Part shown: one piece after another, positions 1 to 8,052 of the stretch | Position numbering within the stretch: position 1 is the first letter of the stretch | Layout of the letters: each line of letters opens with the position of its first letter | Assembly: GCA_964621845.1 (NCBI GenBank) | Contig: CAZUOL010000064.1 | Coordinates: 1-33,867 of the forward strand | Direction: 5' to 3' | From: an uncultured Candidatus Saccharibacteria bacterium | GTDB taxonomy: Bacteria > Patescibacteriota > Saccharimonadia > Saccharimonadales > UBA7683 | DNA length: 33,867 nt | The notes under the pieces: model-generated | Databases searched by the model: none | Told to the model about the DNA's origin: nothing | The model's input: only the letters and a program-made list of their open reading frames with translations | Position numbers and translations under genes: made by a program

Positions 1-419
1 TTCAAAATTCAGGAAACCTCAGCAAAGAAGACGTTGAAAAGGCACAAAAAGACGCTGAAGCCCACGCTGAAGAAGATAAGAAAAAGAGCGAAGCTGCCGA
101 AGCTAAGAACCTTCTAGAAAACGCAATCTATCAGGCAGAAAAAATGCCAGATGAATACAAAGACAAGATTTCTGAAGAAGATAAGACCGCCATTAAAGAA
201 GCTGTGGAAGAAGCTAAAAAGCACACCGATTCAACTGACAAAGAAGAAATCGAATCTGCAGCCAAAGCACTAATGGACACAATCCAGCCAATTGGCGCAA
301 AGCTTTACGAACCAGCTGAGACACCAGAAGATTCAGAATCTGATTCTAAAGACGACAAAAAGAAGTCAAAAGCTGACGACGCGGTCGAAGGTGAAGTTGT
401 CGACGAAGACAAAAAATAG
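1..419 (+). CDS. dnaK: Chaperone DnaK (Hsp70), C-terminal fragment; the 5' end lies outside the window
   Basis: Frame 3 is open from base 3 and reads NSGNLSKEDVEKAQKDAEAHAEEDKKKSEAAEAKNLLENAIYQAEK..., the conserved Hsp70 lid region, followed by an acidic tail ending EGEVVDEDKK. The ORF track shows only the part after an internal Met (144..419). dnaJ lies downstream on the same strand. Confidence 0.88.
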   Translation, partial: QNSGNLSKEDVEKAQKDAEAHAEEDKKKSEAAEAKNLLENAIYQAEKMPDEYKDKISEEDKTAIKEAVEEAKKHTDSTDKEEIESAAKALMDTIQPIGAKLYEPAETPEDSESDSKDDKKKSKADDAVEGEVVDEDKK

Positions 420-439
420 AAGTGCTTATCGTCTCTACT

Positions 440-468
440 AAAAAAGGAGACTTCGGTCTCCTTTTTTT
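440..468 (+). terminator. Rho-independent terminator after dnaK
   Basis: Perfect 7-bp stem AGGAGAC/GTCTCCT (445-451 / 456-462) with a TTCG loop and a T6 run (463-468). An A-run precedes it. Confidence 0.7.
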
Positions 469-537
469 GCTTGTGTTTTAAACATAAGTATTTTACAATT
501 ACACTGTAAATTAACAACATAAATGTGAAGAGGTAAT

Positions 538-1920
538 ATGAAGAGGGGTATTTTAGCAATTGCAACAATTTTAGGAATGTTGAGTTCTTTGGTGATTCCA
601 GTAGCAGTACAAGCTGCACCTAAAACGTTTCGTCAAATGAATTCAGGAACACTCTCCTATAATTCCACCGATAACCCTCGGCTTAATGCAGACCCAGCCA
701 CAACTGCAACGTTTAACGGTTCTGGTATTTCGCATGGCTCAGAAGGTAGCCCTGCGCAGACTACGAGCGACACAAATACTAACCAAATATATACATGGCG
801 ATTAGAAGACTTACGTGACAATATCTGCGGTAATGCAGTATTAACTTCTTTGCGAGTACAGGCTAGTGTAAATGTAAATAATGTTGGTAACCCTGATCTT
901 GCTGCCCTTTCTGTATATAGAATTGATGGCAGTAACTTGTATAATCTCGACGATTACACAGTAAGTGACGGTGTTGACTATGCAACAGCAACTGGTGCAT
1001 TCACACCACCAAACAACGGTGGTATATCTGGTGTTGTTCGCGGAAGCGATCCAGTGTTTGGTGGAACACTTGCCGGCGGACTCGAAGCGGAATGGGATTT
1101 AAGCGATTATGATATAAACGACTCATTTGGAATCATGATCCAGCAAGATTCTCAAGACGGCTCTACCGATCTTCAAACAGCAATCAATACAGTAGATATT
1201 GAATACGATGACGCTGCATGCGTGAAAGACTCGGCAATTACTAAGACTCTAGTTAATCAAGCAGATGTAAAACCCGGCGGCACAGCGATTTACGAAATAA
1301 AAATTTCAAATAACGGTACAGACCCGATCTATGTTGGTGGCAACGAAAGCACACTCATATACGATATTGCTTCGCCAGAATTAACATTTGTCAGCGCAAA
1401 CAATGGCTATGGCTGTGAAGATGGAGGTACACTACAAGATGTGTTCGGAAACGAACCGGACGCTGCACGAATGTATCATAATCATCTTCACTACAAATTC
1501 ATAATGTGTGGAACTGAGGATGGAGTAGTTTTGCAACCGGGCGAATCAACTCAGTTCAGGATGAACTTTAAAGTATCTTCGTCGGCTAAGTCTATTATCA
1601 ATACTGCTGGGTATGGTATTGGAGGAAGTGAAGATGGTCCACAAGATCCTGGTGCACTTGCTTTACTTAGTTCATTTAGCACAATTCAACAAGATGGTCC
1701 TGACCTTCTTGATCTCATCATCTCTCGTCAATTGGTTACTGATAATTTCGCATTTTCTTCCTTTAATTTCACCAGTACCAATTCAACATCGTTGGCAAAC
1801 ACTGGGTCATCAACACCACTCTATATTATGGTGAGCGCAATCTTAACTCTATTTGGCGGAGGCCTTCTGGTAATAAAGCGGCGCAATTCTTCCGGTCTAG
1901 TTTTTGGTCTGCGTAAATAA
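538..1920 (+). CDS. Secreted cell-wall-anchored surface protein with a DUF11-like repeat region and an LAXTG-type sorting signal
   Basis: N-terminal signal peptide MKRGILAIATILGMLSSLVIPVAVQA|AP. The segment KTLVNQADVKPGGTAIYEIKISNNGTDPIYV resembles DUF11/conserved-repeat domains. The C-terminus has LANTG (1792..1806), then a hydrophobic stretch, then a basic KRRNSS tail, which is a classical sortase substrate architecture. Confidence 0.75.
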   Translation: MKRGILAIATILGMLSSLVIPVAVQAAPKTFRQMNSGTLSYNSTDNPRLNADPATTATFNGSGISHGSEGSPAQTTSDTNTNQIYTWRLEDLRDNICGNAVLTSLRVQASVNVNNVGNPDLAALSVYRIDGSNLYNLDDYTVSDGVDYATATGAFTPPNNGGISGVVRGSDPVFGGTLAGGLEAEWDLSDYDINDSFGIMIQQDSQDGSTDLQTAINTVDIEYDDAACVKDSAITKTLVNQADVKPGGTAIYEIKISNNGTDPIYVGGNESTLIYDIASPELTFVSANNGYGCEDGGTLQDVFGNEPDAARMYHNHLHYKFIMCGTEDGVVLQPGESTQFRMNFKVSSSAKSIINTAGYGIGGSEDGPQDPGALALLSSFSTIQQDGPDLLDLIISRQLVTDNFAFSSFNFTSTNSTSLANTGSSTPLYIMVSAILTLFGGGLLVIKRRNSSGLVFGLRK

Positions 1921-1946
1921 GTTTTACTAATATATACTAGAAGTAG

Positions 1947-2537
1947 ATGAAGAAATTTACGTTTATTAAAATATACAAGGCCATTCTTGTAGCAGGCGGA
2001 ATCATTGGTTTAGTTGCCGCGTCTATATTAACAATTGAAAAAATTCATTTAGCTTCTGACCCTAACTATATTCCTAGCTGTAGTCTCAGTCCTGTTGTTG
2101 CATGTTCACCGGTCATTGGTTCTAAACAAGCATCTGCATTTGGATTTCCTAACCCTATTATTGGAATAGCGGGTTTTGCCATGGTGTGGGCTGTCGGTAT
2201 GATGTTATTCGCAGGCGCTAAAAACTTAAAAAAATGGTTTTGGTGGTGTTTTCAGGCGGGTACAACGTTCGGAATTTTATTTTGTGCATGGCTACTTAGT
2301 CAAAGTTTGTATGAAATCGGTAAACTCTGTATTTACTGCATGATCGTATGGGCAGTTACAGTTCCAATATTCTGGACAACGCTAGCCTACAATATACGTG
2401 AAAAAAACATTAAAAGCAGTACGAAATTAGCTACTTGGGTTGCCGCGAATCCGGGTAAGTTGGTTGCTCTTACATACTTGCTAGCTGTGATTCTTGTATT
2501 CACTCGTTTCGCTGATTATTTTCATAGTTTCATCTAG
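1947..2537 (+). CDS. Vitamin K epoxide reductase (VKOR) family disulfide-bond-forming membrane protein
   Basis: Multi-pass membrane protein with a loop cysteine pair (PSCSLSPVVACSP), the conserved SAFGFPNPIIGI motif and a CxxC in a transmembrane helix (CIYC). Confidence 0.85.
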   Translation: MKKFTFIKIYKAILVAGGIIGLVAASILTIEKIHLASDPNYIPSCSLSPVVACSPVIGSKQASAFGFPNPIIGIAGFAMVWAVGMMLFAGAKNLKKWFWWCFQAGTTFGILFCAWLLSQSLYEIGKLCIYCMIVWAVTVPIFWTTLAYNIREKNIKSSTKLATWVAANPGKLVALTYLLAVILVFTRFADYFHSFI

Positions 2538-2581
2538 AAAAAAGTTAGCACTCTCGTGCTTAAAGTGCTAAAATAGTAGCT

Positions 2582-3208
2582 ATGAAAGAATTTTTACTAG
2601 TAGCAGGCATACATATTCTTGCCGTCATGAGCCCTGGCCCAGACTTTGCAATGGTGCTCAGAAATTCATTAGTATATTCCCGAAGAGTCGGTATTTTGGC
2701 AGCTGTAGGCTTAGGGTTGGGTATTTTGCTTCATGTAACATATTCACTGCTTGGTATAGGCCTTATAATTTCACAATCAGTTTTGCTATTTAATGTTATA
2801 AAACTACTCGGAGCAGCTTACCTCATTTACGTAGGCGTAAAATCGTTGCTTGCCAAAAAACCTGCAGCAGATAAGTTTACCGAAGCAATACAAAAGAATG
2901 AAGATATCTCTAATTTCGCTGCAATACGACTCGGTTTCTTAACAAATGCCTTAAATCCTAAGGCAACATTGTTCTTCCTTGCACTATTTACGCAGGTGAT
3001 TAGTCCAAATACTTCTATTTTTACTAAAGCCCTCTATGGTATAGAAATGTCAGTAGCTACATTTGCTTGGTTTGCAGTTGTTGCACTACTACTTACGCAT
3101 CCACGCATCAACAAGGCATTCGCAGGTATTAAACATCATCTTGAACGAGTATTCGGCGCAGTCCTAATTGCGCTGGGTGTAAAAGTAGCATTAGGAGCAC
3201 ATAAATAA
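2582..3208 (+). CDS. LysE/RhtB family amino-acid exporter
   Basis: About 200 aa and six predicted TM segments. The N-terminal signature HILAVMSPGPDFAMVLRNS is typical of LysE/RhtB translocators. Confidence 0.85.
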   Translation: MKEFLLVAGIHILAVMSPGPDFAMVLRNSLVYSRRVGILAAVGLGLGILLHVTYSLLGIGLIISQSVLLFNVIKLLGAAYLIYVGVKSLLAKKPAADKFTEAIQKNEDISNFAAIRLGFLTNALNPKATLFFLALFTQVISPNTSIFTKALYGIEMSVATFAWFAVVALLLTHPRINKAFAGIKHHLERVFGAVLIALGVKVALGAHK

Positions 3209-4335
3209 TGGCAGAAAAAAGAGATTACTACGAAATTTTAGGTATTAAAAAAGATGCCTCTGCTGATGAAATTAAAAAAGCTTTTAGAAAAGCGGCGGTA
3301 AGACATCACCCAGACAAAGAAGGTGGTGATGAAGCAAAGTTTAAAGAAGCTTCAGAAGCATACGAAGTTTTAAAAGATTCTACTAAGCGGCAAAGATACG
3401 ATCAGTTTGGGCATGCAGGTGTCGGCGGTGCTGCGGGCGGCGGCGATCCATTCGGTGGTGGTTTTGGCGGTTTTGATTTTTCGCAATTCGGTGGGGCGAA
3501 TGGCCAGAATATTCACTTTGATTTCGGTGACGGGGGCCTAGGGGATATCTTCGGTAGCTTCTTTGGCGGCGGGCAATCAAGGCGTCAAGCAGCTGACATG
3601 GGCCGTGATGTGCAAACTGATGTCACACTGAGTTTTGAAGAAGCAATTTTCGGGGTTGAAAAAACAGTCCATCTGCACATGAACGATATTTGTTCGCATT
3701 GTAAAGGCAAGCGAGCTGAGCCAGGCCATGAATTAAAAACATGCGAAACGTGTAAGGGGTCTGGGCAGGTAGTTCGTCAGATGAACACGATGTTTGGCGC
3801 TATACAACAGGCCAGTATTTGCTCAACTTGCGAAGGCCGCGGCAAGGTGCCTGAAAAAGCGTGTACGGTATGCCACGGTAAGGGTGTCGAGCGCACAAAA
3901 CAGGAGATAACGATCAAGATACCAGCGGGAATTGATGACGGCGCAGTGATACGATTGCGCGAGCATGGTGAAGCAGCTGCTAATGGTAACAAAGGTGATT
4001 TGTATGTGCAGATCAGTGTAAAAGCCCATAAGAAGTTCACACGAGAAGGTGATTTAATTCTTTCGAGCGAACATGTTGGGATGGTCGAAGCGGCACTTGG
4101 TACTGAAATCGAGGTAGAAACGGTTGATGGGCCGGTGAAGATGAAAGTACCGGCGGGCACGCAAAGTGGTACCGATTTTAAGCTTTCTGACCACGGTGTG
4201 CCGCATATTCGAGATAAAGCCAGGGGCCCGCATATTGTTACCATTTTGGTAGATACACCTACGAACCTAAGTAAAGAGCAAAAGCAATTGCTTGAACAGC
4301 TTGGTACAGCCAAGAAACACCGCTTTTTCGGATAG
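3208..4335 (+). CDS. dnaJ: Co-chaperone DnaJ (type I Hsp40)
   Basis: J domain DYYEILGIKKDASADEIKKAFRKAAVRHHPDK, a Gly/Phe-rich linker and four CxxCxGxG zinc-finger repeats (CSHCKGKR, CETCKGSG, CSTCEGRG, CTVCHGKG). The start ATG shares one base with the upstream TAA (TAATG). Confidence 0.96.
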   Translation: MAEKRDYYEILGIKKDASADEIKKAFRKAAVRHHPDKEGGDEAKFKEASEAYEVLKDSTKRQRYDQFGHAGVGGAAGGGDPFGGGFGGFDFSQFGGANGQNIHFDFGDGGLGDIFGSFFGGGQSRRQAADMGRDVQTDVTLSFEEAIFGVEKTVHLHMNDICSHCKGKRAEPGHELKTCETCKGSGQVVRQMNTMFGAIQQASICSTCEGRGKVPEKACTVCHGKGVERTKQEITIKIPAGIDDGAVIRLREHGEAAANGNKGDLYVQISVKAHKKFTREGDLILSSEHVGMVEAALGTEIEVETVDGPVKMKVPAGTQSGTDFKLSDHGVPHIRDKARGPHIVTILVDTPTNLSKEQKQLLEQLGTAKKHRFFG

Positions 4336-4345
4336 CTATTCCAAT

Positions 4346-4375
4346 AAAAACAGCTCCATGAAAGGAGCTGTTTTT
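4346..4375. terminator. Bidirectional rho-independent terminator between convergent dnaJ and the DUF4870-like gene
   Basis: AAAAACAGCTCC-ATGAAA-GGAGCTGTTTTT: a perfect 7-bp GC-containing stem flanked by an A5 run and a T5 run, so it can terminate on either strand. Confidence 0.72.
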
Positions 4376-4391
4376 AGGTTGTATCACTAAA

Positions 4392-4751
4392 CTATTTGAT
4401 CAGTTCAATATCGCCAACGAGTGGTAACTTTTCCATCTTGCCATTTGCAGCATTGATGAGCCCCATGACGCTCAAAACAATAAGCGTAACCCAGGCAGCA
4501 AAGCCAATAAGCCAGCCAAGCACAGGAATAAATACCAAGATCCACCATGCAACCCCAAGGATGCATTCTGCAATAAACAGAGTGAGGCCTTGATTCGCAT
4601 GGAACTTTGCGAACTTTGATTCAGGTGCAGCCAACAAGGGCACTAAGAATAAAATCCCAATATAGGCTAGAATGCCAAACACTTTATTTTTTTCAACATC
4701 AGCTGATGTTGTTGCCGGTTTTGCCGCAGCAGTTTTCTTTTTTTCAGCCAC
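4392..4751 (-). CDS. Small membrane protein, DUF4870-like
   Basis: GTG start preceded by a strong SD (GAGGAGGAAATT-GTG). The pattern ILAYIGILFLVPLL...SKFAKFHANQGLTLFI plus three TM segments resembles the DUF4870 family. Confidence 0.62.
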   Translation of the reverse strand: MAEKKKTAAAKPATTSADVEKNKVFGILAYIGILFLVPLLAAPESKFAKFHANQGLTLFIAECILGVAWWILVFIPVLGWLIGFAAWVTLIVLSVMGLINAANGKMEKLPLVGDIELIK

Positions 4752-4850
4752 AATTTCCTCCTCGCAGTTATTGATACCACCATAATGCCAAAAGTGCAGA
4801 AAAAAAACAATCTTGTCAGCAAATCTTCAGAAACCAATCTAATATTCAAT

Positions 4851-6077
4851 CTACGATGTCTTAACAAAGCAGCTTTTATTAATGTAGTTGAGGTCGCGGT
4901 TAAACTGATCGTAATCAGAGTTATGGAGTATGATAACTGCACACATTTTGTAGCCATCACCGGCCTTACCAACATGATTGCCTAATGGTTGTTTAATTTT
5001 ATAGTACTGCAGTGATGGTAACTGTTTTAGCTGGTCTTCGTTGGCGATGCCAGCAAAGATACCAGCCTGTTTGGGGAATAGCTCAAGAACCGCACAGGGT
5101 TCGTTCTTTTTTATCTCTATCTGCGGAGATTCACCTAATTTGATAGCAAGCGTAAGCTCTAAAAGGTTTATGTCGTTCGCCAGTTTATGCATGCGTTCGC
5201 GGTAACCCCCATTGCGTGCGCCAATCTCAACAATACGCGGCCCCTCTGTGGTCATGATGATTTCGATATGAGCTGGCGAGCTTTTCATATCTAGTGCCTT
5301 GCAACCAACTGCCGCCACCCGCTTGAGTGCAGCTTGTTCTGCCGCACTCAGTTTTGATGGGACAATCCGGCTGTAATGAAAGTTATCGTCGTAACCAATA
5401 TCGTATCCGGTCTGGTAGTCAACAATGCTGTCAAGGACCTTAACCGTACCGCACTCATCGATGAAGGCATCAACTGAATGAATGGAGCCTACTAGGAATT
5501 CCTCAAGAATGATCTTGGGGGTGCTGTTTGGTGCATACTTGCGGTATACGTTATCAAGCGAGCTGACCATTCTTTGATAGTTTTCTTGCAGCTCTTTGTG
5601 GTTATGGCACTTAAGTACCAGCAGGCTCTTGGCTAGATTCGCCGGCTTGATAATCAGAGGAAATGAGTGAGCCTCAGCAAAATCCTCGGCATCCCTTAGG
5701 CTTTCGATAACCGAAAAGTCGGGGCTCACTTTTTCTGGCGCCTGCGCAAACAGTGCACGCATCAGCCCCTTGTCCGTGCATGCTCGAGCCGCCTCCTCGG
5801 TCATACCGGGCAGGCCCAAGTGTTGGGCTATCCAGCTTGTAGCACAGACATAATTTTCATAGGTTGTTAAGACGCCATCAAATTTCTGTGGCATGGTAGC
5901 TACGGTACGTAGCACCGACTCCTTTGAACTGAAGTCACACATTACACGCCGCCCGGCATTGGTGGTAAAGCGTGAGCCTTGAATGTCTCGCAATAATACA
6001 AAGTCGTCACCACGCGCTAGAATGGCCTGTTTCAAATTACCGAACTGTTTGCCAACGATGAGAAAACGCCTAGACAT
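4851..6077 (-). CDS. ATP-grasp domain ligase (L-amino-acid-ligase-like), substrate unknown
   Basis: 408 aa. The central region has ATP-grasp hallmarks (FPLIIKPANLAKSLLVLKC, ILEEFLVGSIHSVDAF, AHIEIIMTTEGPRIVEIGARNGG). It is a different subfamily from the RimK encoded next door. Confidence 0.78.
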   Translation of the reverse strand: MSRRFLIVGKQFGNLKQAILARGDDFVLLRDIQGSRFTTNAGRRVMCDFSSKESVLRTVATMPQKFDGVLTTYENYVCATSWIAQHLGLPGMTEEAARACTDKGLMRALFAQAPEKVSPDFSVIESLRDAEDFAEAHSFPLIIKPANLAKSLLVLKCHNHKELQENYQRMVSSLDNVYRKYAPNSTPKIILEEFLVGSIHSVDAFIDECGTVKVLDSIVDYQTGYDIGYDDNFHYSRIVPSKLSAAEQAALKRVAAVGCKALDMKSSPAHIEIIMTTEGPRIVEIGARNGGYRERMHKLANDINLLELTLAIKLGESPQIEIKKNEPCAVLELFPKQAGIFAGIANEDQLKQLPSLQYYKIKQPLGNHVGKAGDGYKMCAVIILHNSDYDQFNRDLNYINKSCFVKTS

Positions 6078-6078
6078 A

Positions 6079-6107
6079 TTGACCTATTGTACTATTCATG
6101 TTACAAT
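6079..6107 (+). promoter_or_regulatory. Sigma-70-type promoter for the protease-rimK-DUF192 operon
   Basis: TTGACC (6079-6084), a 17-nt spacer, then TACAAT (6102-6107) with an extended -10 TG (6099-6100). It lies about 70 nt upstream of the 6179 ATG. Confidence 0.5.
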
Positions 6108-6178
6108 TAATCAAGTAAAGCTCTATTTATATAAAAAACAATAAGCACTATACTTAAATAGTACATAAGGGGCTACAT

Positions 6179-6679
6179 ATGGCGCAAGCACGAGATTTTC
6201 ACAAGGTTATTGTTGGAAGGGCAGAGCTGCTGCATTTTCAGGATTACCAGATAGCTGATGTACCTGCGAAGGTTGATACTGGCGCTTATCGTTCTGCTAT
6301 TCACGCTGGAGACATTACGCTTATTGATAATGGCTCGCGATTACAGTTTGAAATTTTAAAAGGTCACCCTGTGTGCGGAGCACTTTCTCAGGTCATAACA
6401 GCAGATAAGTTTAAAAAAGTGACTATTGCTAACTCATTTGGGCACGAAGAGGAGCGTTATGAGGTCTGGCTGCGCGTTAAGCTTGGGCCGCGTGTGTTCC
6501 CTGCATCATTTACCCTTGCTGATCGTTCCAAAAAAATATACCCAATTTTGTTGGGGCGCAAACTCCTGAATGGTCGCTTTGTGGTTGATACAAATGAAAC
6601 GAGTGTAAATCGCATTGAGTTGAAGAAACAGTATGGTATTGAGATGCCACAAGACGAAGAGGTTGGAGAGGTGCAATGA
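6179..6679 (+). CDS. Retropepsin-like aspartic protease, the family often annotated 'ATP-dependent zinc protease' (RimB-like RimK partner)
   Basis: 166 aa with the aspartic-protease signature VDTGAYRSAIHA (D-T-G-A). It is translationally coupled to rimK through an ATGA overlap at 6676-6679. Confidence 0.72.
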   Translation: MAQARDFHKVIVGRAELLHFQDYQIADVPAKVDTGAYRSAIHAGDITLIDNGSRLQFEILKGHPVCGALSQVITADKFKKVTIANSFGHEEERYEVWLRVKLGPRVFPASFTLADRSKKIYPILLGRKLLNGRFVVDTNETSVNRIELKKQYGIEMPQDEEVGEVQ

Positions 6680-7587
6680 ACTTAGTGATTCTAAGTAATG
6701 GCAACGCAAACTACTCTACCAAGAGACTGGCTGAAGAAGCTCAAAAACGTGGCCATAACGTGCGTGTGGTGAAGTATCGTGATTGCTATGCCTCGATTGA
6801 AAAAAGCAATCCGGGCGTGAGCTACCGTGGCGAAGATCTTAAAAATATAGATGCCATTATCCCTCGTATTGCAAGTAGCATGACCCGTTATGGTTCAGCT
6901 ATGGTACGCCAGTTTGAGATGCAGGGGGTGTATACGCCGAGCACCTCAATCGCCATCGCTCGTTCGCGCGATAAGCTGCGCTCTATTCAGCTGCTCGCTC
7001 GAGCAGGCGTGGGAATCCCCAAAACGGTTTTTTCACGTAACACTGCCGATATTGATGACCTCCTTGAACAAATCGGTGGTACCCCCGTTATTATCAAGTT
7101 GGCTCGTGGCACGCATGGTAATGGTGTGGTACTTGCTGAAACCAAAAAGGCAGCAAAATCAGTACTGCAAGCCTTTTATTTGCATAACGAAGACGGTACC
7201 AACATCTTACTCCAAGAATTTGTAGAAGAATCTGCCGGTGAAGATATTCGTGCCTTTGTGGTGGGTGGCCGGGTCGTCGCGAGTATGAAGCGTCAGAGCC
7301 TTGACGATGATTTCAGGAGCAATTTGCACCAAGGAGGCGAAGGTACGGCTATTAAACTCACCGATGAAGAAAAAAAGACGGCCATAAAAGCCGCTAAAGC
7401 GATGGGTTTGCCGATTTGCGGTGTCGATATGATGCGCTCGAGTCGTGGCCCGCTAGTGCTCGAAGTGAATGCAAGCCCTGGGTTTGGTATCGAAGCCGTA
7501 ACGGGGCGCAACGTTGCTGCCAAGGTTATTGAATACGTAGAGATAAATGCAAAAAGAAAAACACGCAAAGATAAAGTGGGCGCTTAG
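6676..7587 (+). CDS. rimK: Ribosomal protein bS6 L-glutamate ligase RimK (ATP-grasp)
   Basis: Collinear similarity to my recollection of E. coli RimK along the full length (RDKLRSIQLLARAGVGIP, VIIKLARGTHGNGVVLAE, DFRSNLHQGGEG, GVDMMRSSRGPLVLEVNASPG). Confidence 0.92.
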   Translation: MNLVILSNGNANYSTKRLAEEAQKRGHNVRVVKYRDCYASIEKSNPGVSYRGEDLKNIDAIIPRIASSMTRYGSAMVRQFEMQGVYTPSTSIAIARSRDKLRSIQLLARAGVGIPKTVFSRNTADIDDLLEQIGGTPVIIKLARGTHGNGVVLAETKKAAKSVLQAFYLHNEDGTNILLQEFVEESAGEDIRAFVVGGRVVASMKRQSLDDDFRSNLHQGGEGTAIKLTDEEKKTAIKAAKAMGLPICGVDMMRSSRGPLVLEVNASPGFGIEAVTGRNVAAKVIEYVEINAKRKTRKDKVGA

Positions 7588-8005
7588 CGCTGCAGTAGTA
7601 GTACTGCTGCTACTCTCAAGCTATATTTTTGCGACAACATCGCAAAAAAACAATGCCCATCAGCTTCATATAAATGGCACTCAGCTGCAGCTAGAAATTG
7701 CGACAATGTCGCAAGAACGTGCACGAGGGCTTTGCTGTCGTGAGAGCTTAGCGCCTACCGCTGGCATGCTTTTTGTATATGATAAGCCCGGTGACTATCG
7801 TTTTTGGATGAAGGACACACTCATACCACTTGATATGATCTGGCTGGGTGCCAATAAAAAGGTGGTGCATATAGAACATAACATCAGGCCAGAATCGTAC
7901 CCTGCCACTTTCGGCTCGCCTGTCGCTGCCCAGTATATTCTAGAAACAAATGCTGGCTGGGCAGCCCAACATAATATTACCCTTGGTGATCAGGCTGCCT
8001 TTTAA
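7547..8005 (+). CDS. DUF192 (UPF0127/COG1430) protein with an N-terminal membrane anchor
   Basis: Signature ERARGL...GMLFVYDKPGDYRFWMKDTLIPLDMIWL is typical of DUF192. The start overlaps the rimK 3' end by 41 nt, and no alternative start exists before the TM segment. Confidence 0.78.
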   Translation: MQKEKHAKIKWALSAAVVVLLLLSSYIFATTSQKNNAHQLHINGTQLQLEIATMSQERARGLCCRESLAPTAGMLFVYDKPGDYRFWMKDTLIPLDMIWLGANKKVVHIEHNIRPESYPATFGSPVAAQYILETNAGWAAQHNITLGDQAAF

Positions 8006-8052
8006 TACCTGGATACTACTCACTGCTCACGAGATCTGTTACCATAAACGGT

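Noticed and set aside
305-619. 104-aa minus-strand ORF spanning the dnaK tail, its terminator and the next gene's start
   Set aside because: It crosses a terminator and a promoter region and is antisense to two real genes.
3415-3590. G-rich low-complexity DNA (GGYGGYGG runs)
   Set aside because: It encodes the Gly/Phe-rich linker that is a normal part of type I DnaJ.
3777-4313. 178-aa minus-strand ORF inside dnaJ, and the smaller ones at 3383-3580 and 3823-4029
   Set aside because: They are antisense to an unambiguous DnaJ with J-domain and zinc-finger motifs. They are shadow ORFs with a Cys/Ser/Pro-rich composition.
4667-4975. 102-aa minus-strand ORF bridging the ATP-grasp 3' end and the DUF4870-like 5' end
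   Set aside because: It is out of frame with both neighbouring genes, which have better support (ATP-grasp motifs, and a strong GGAGG SD with a GTG start at 4751).
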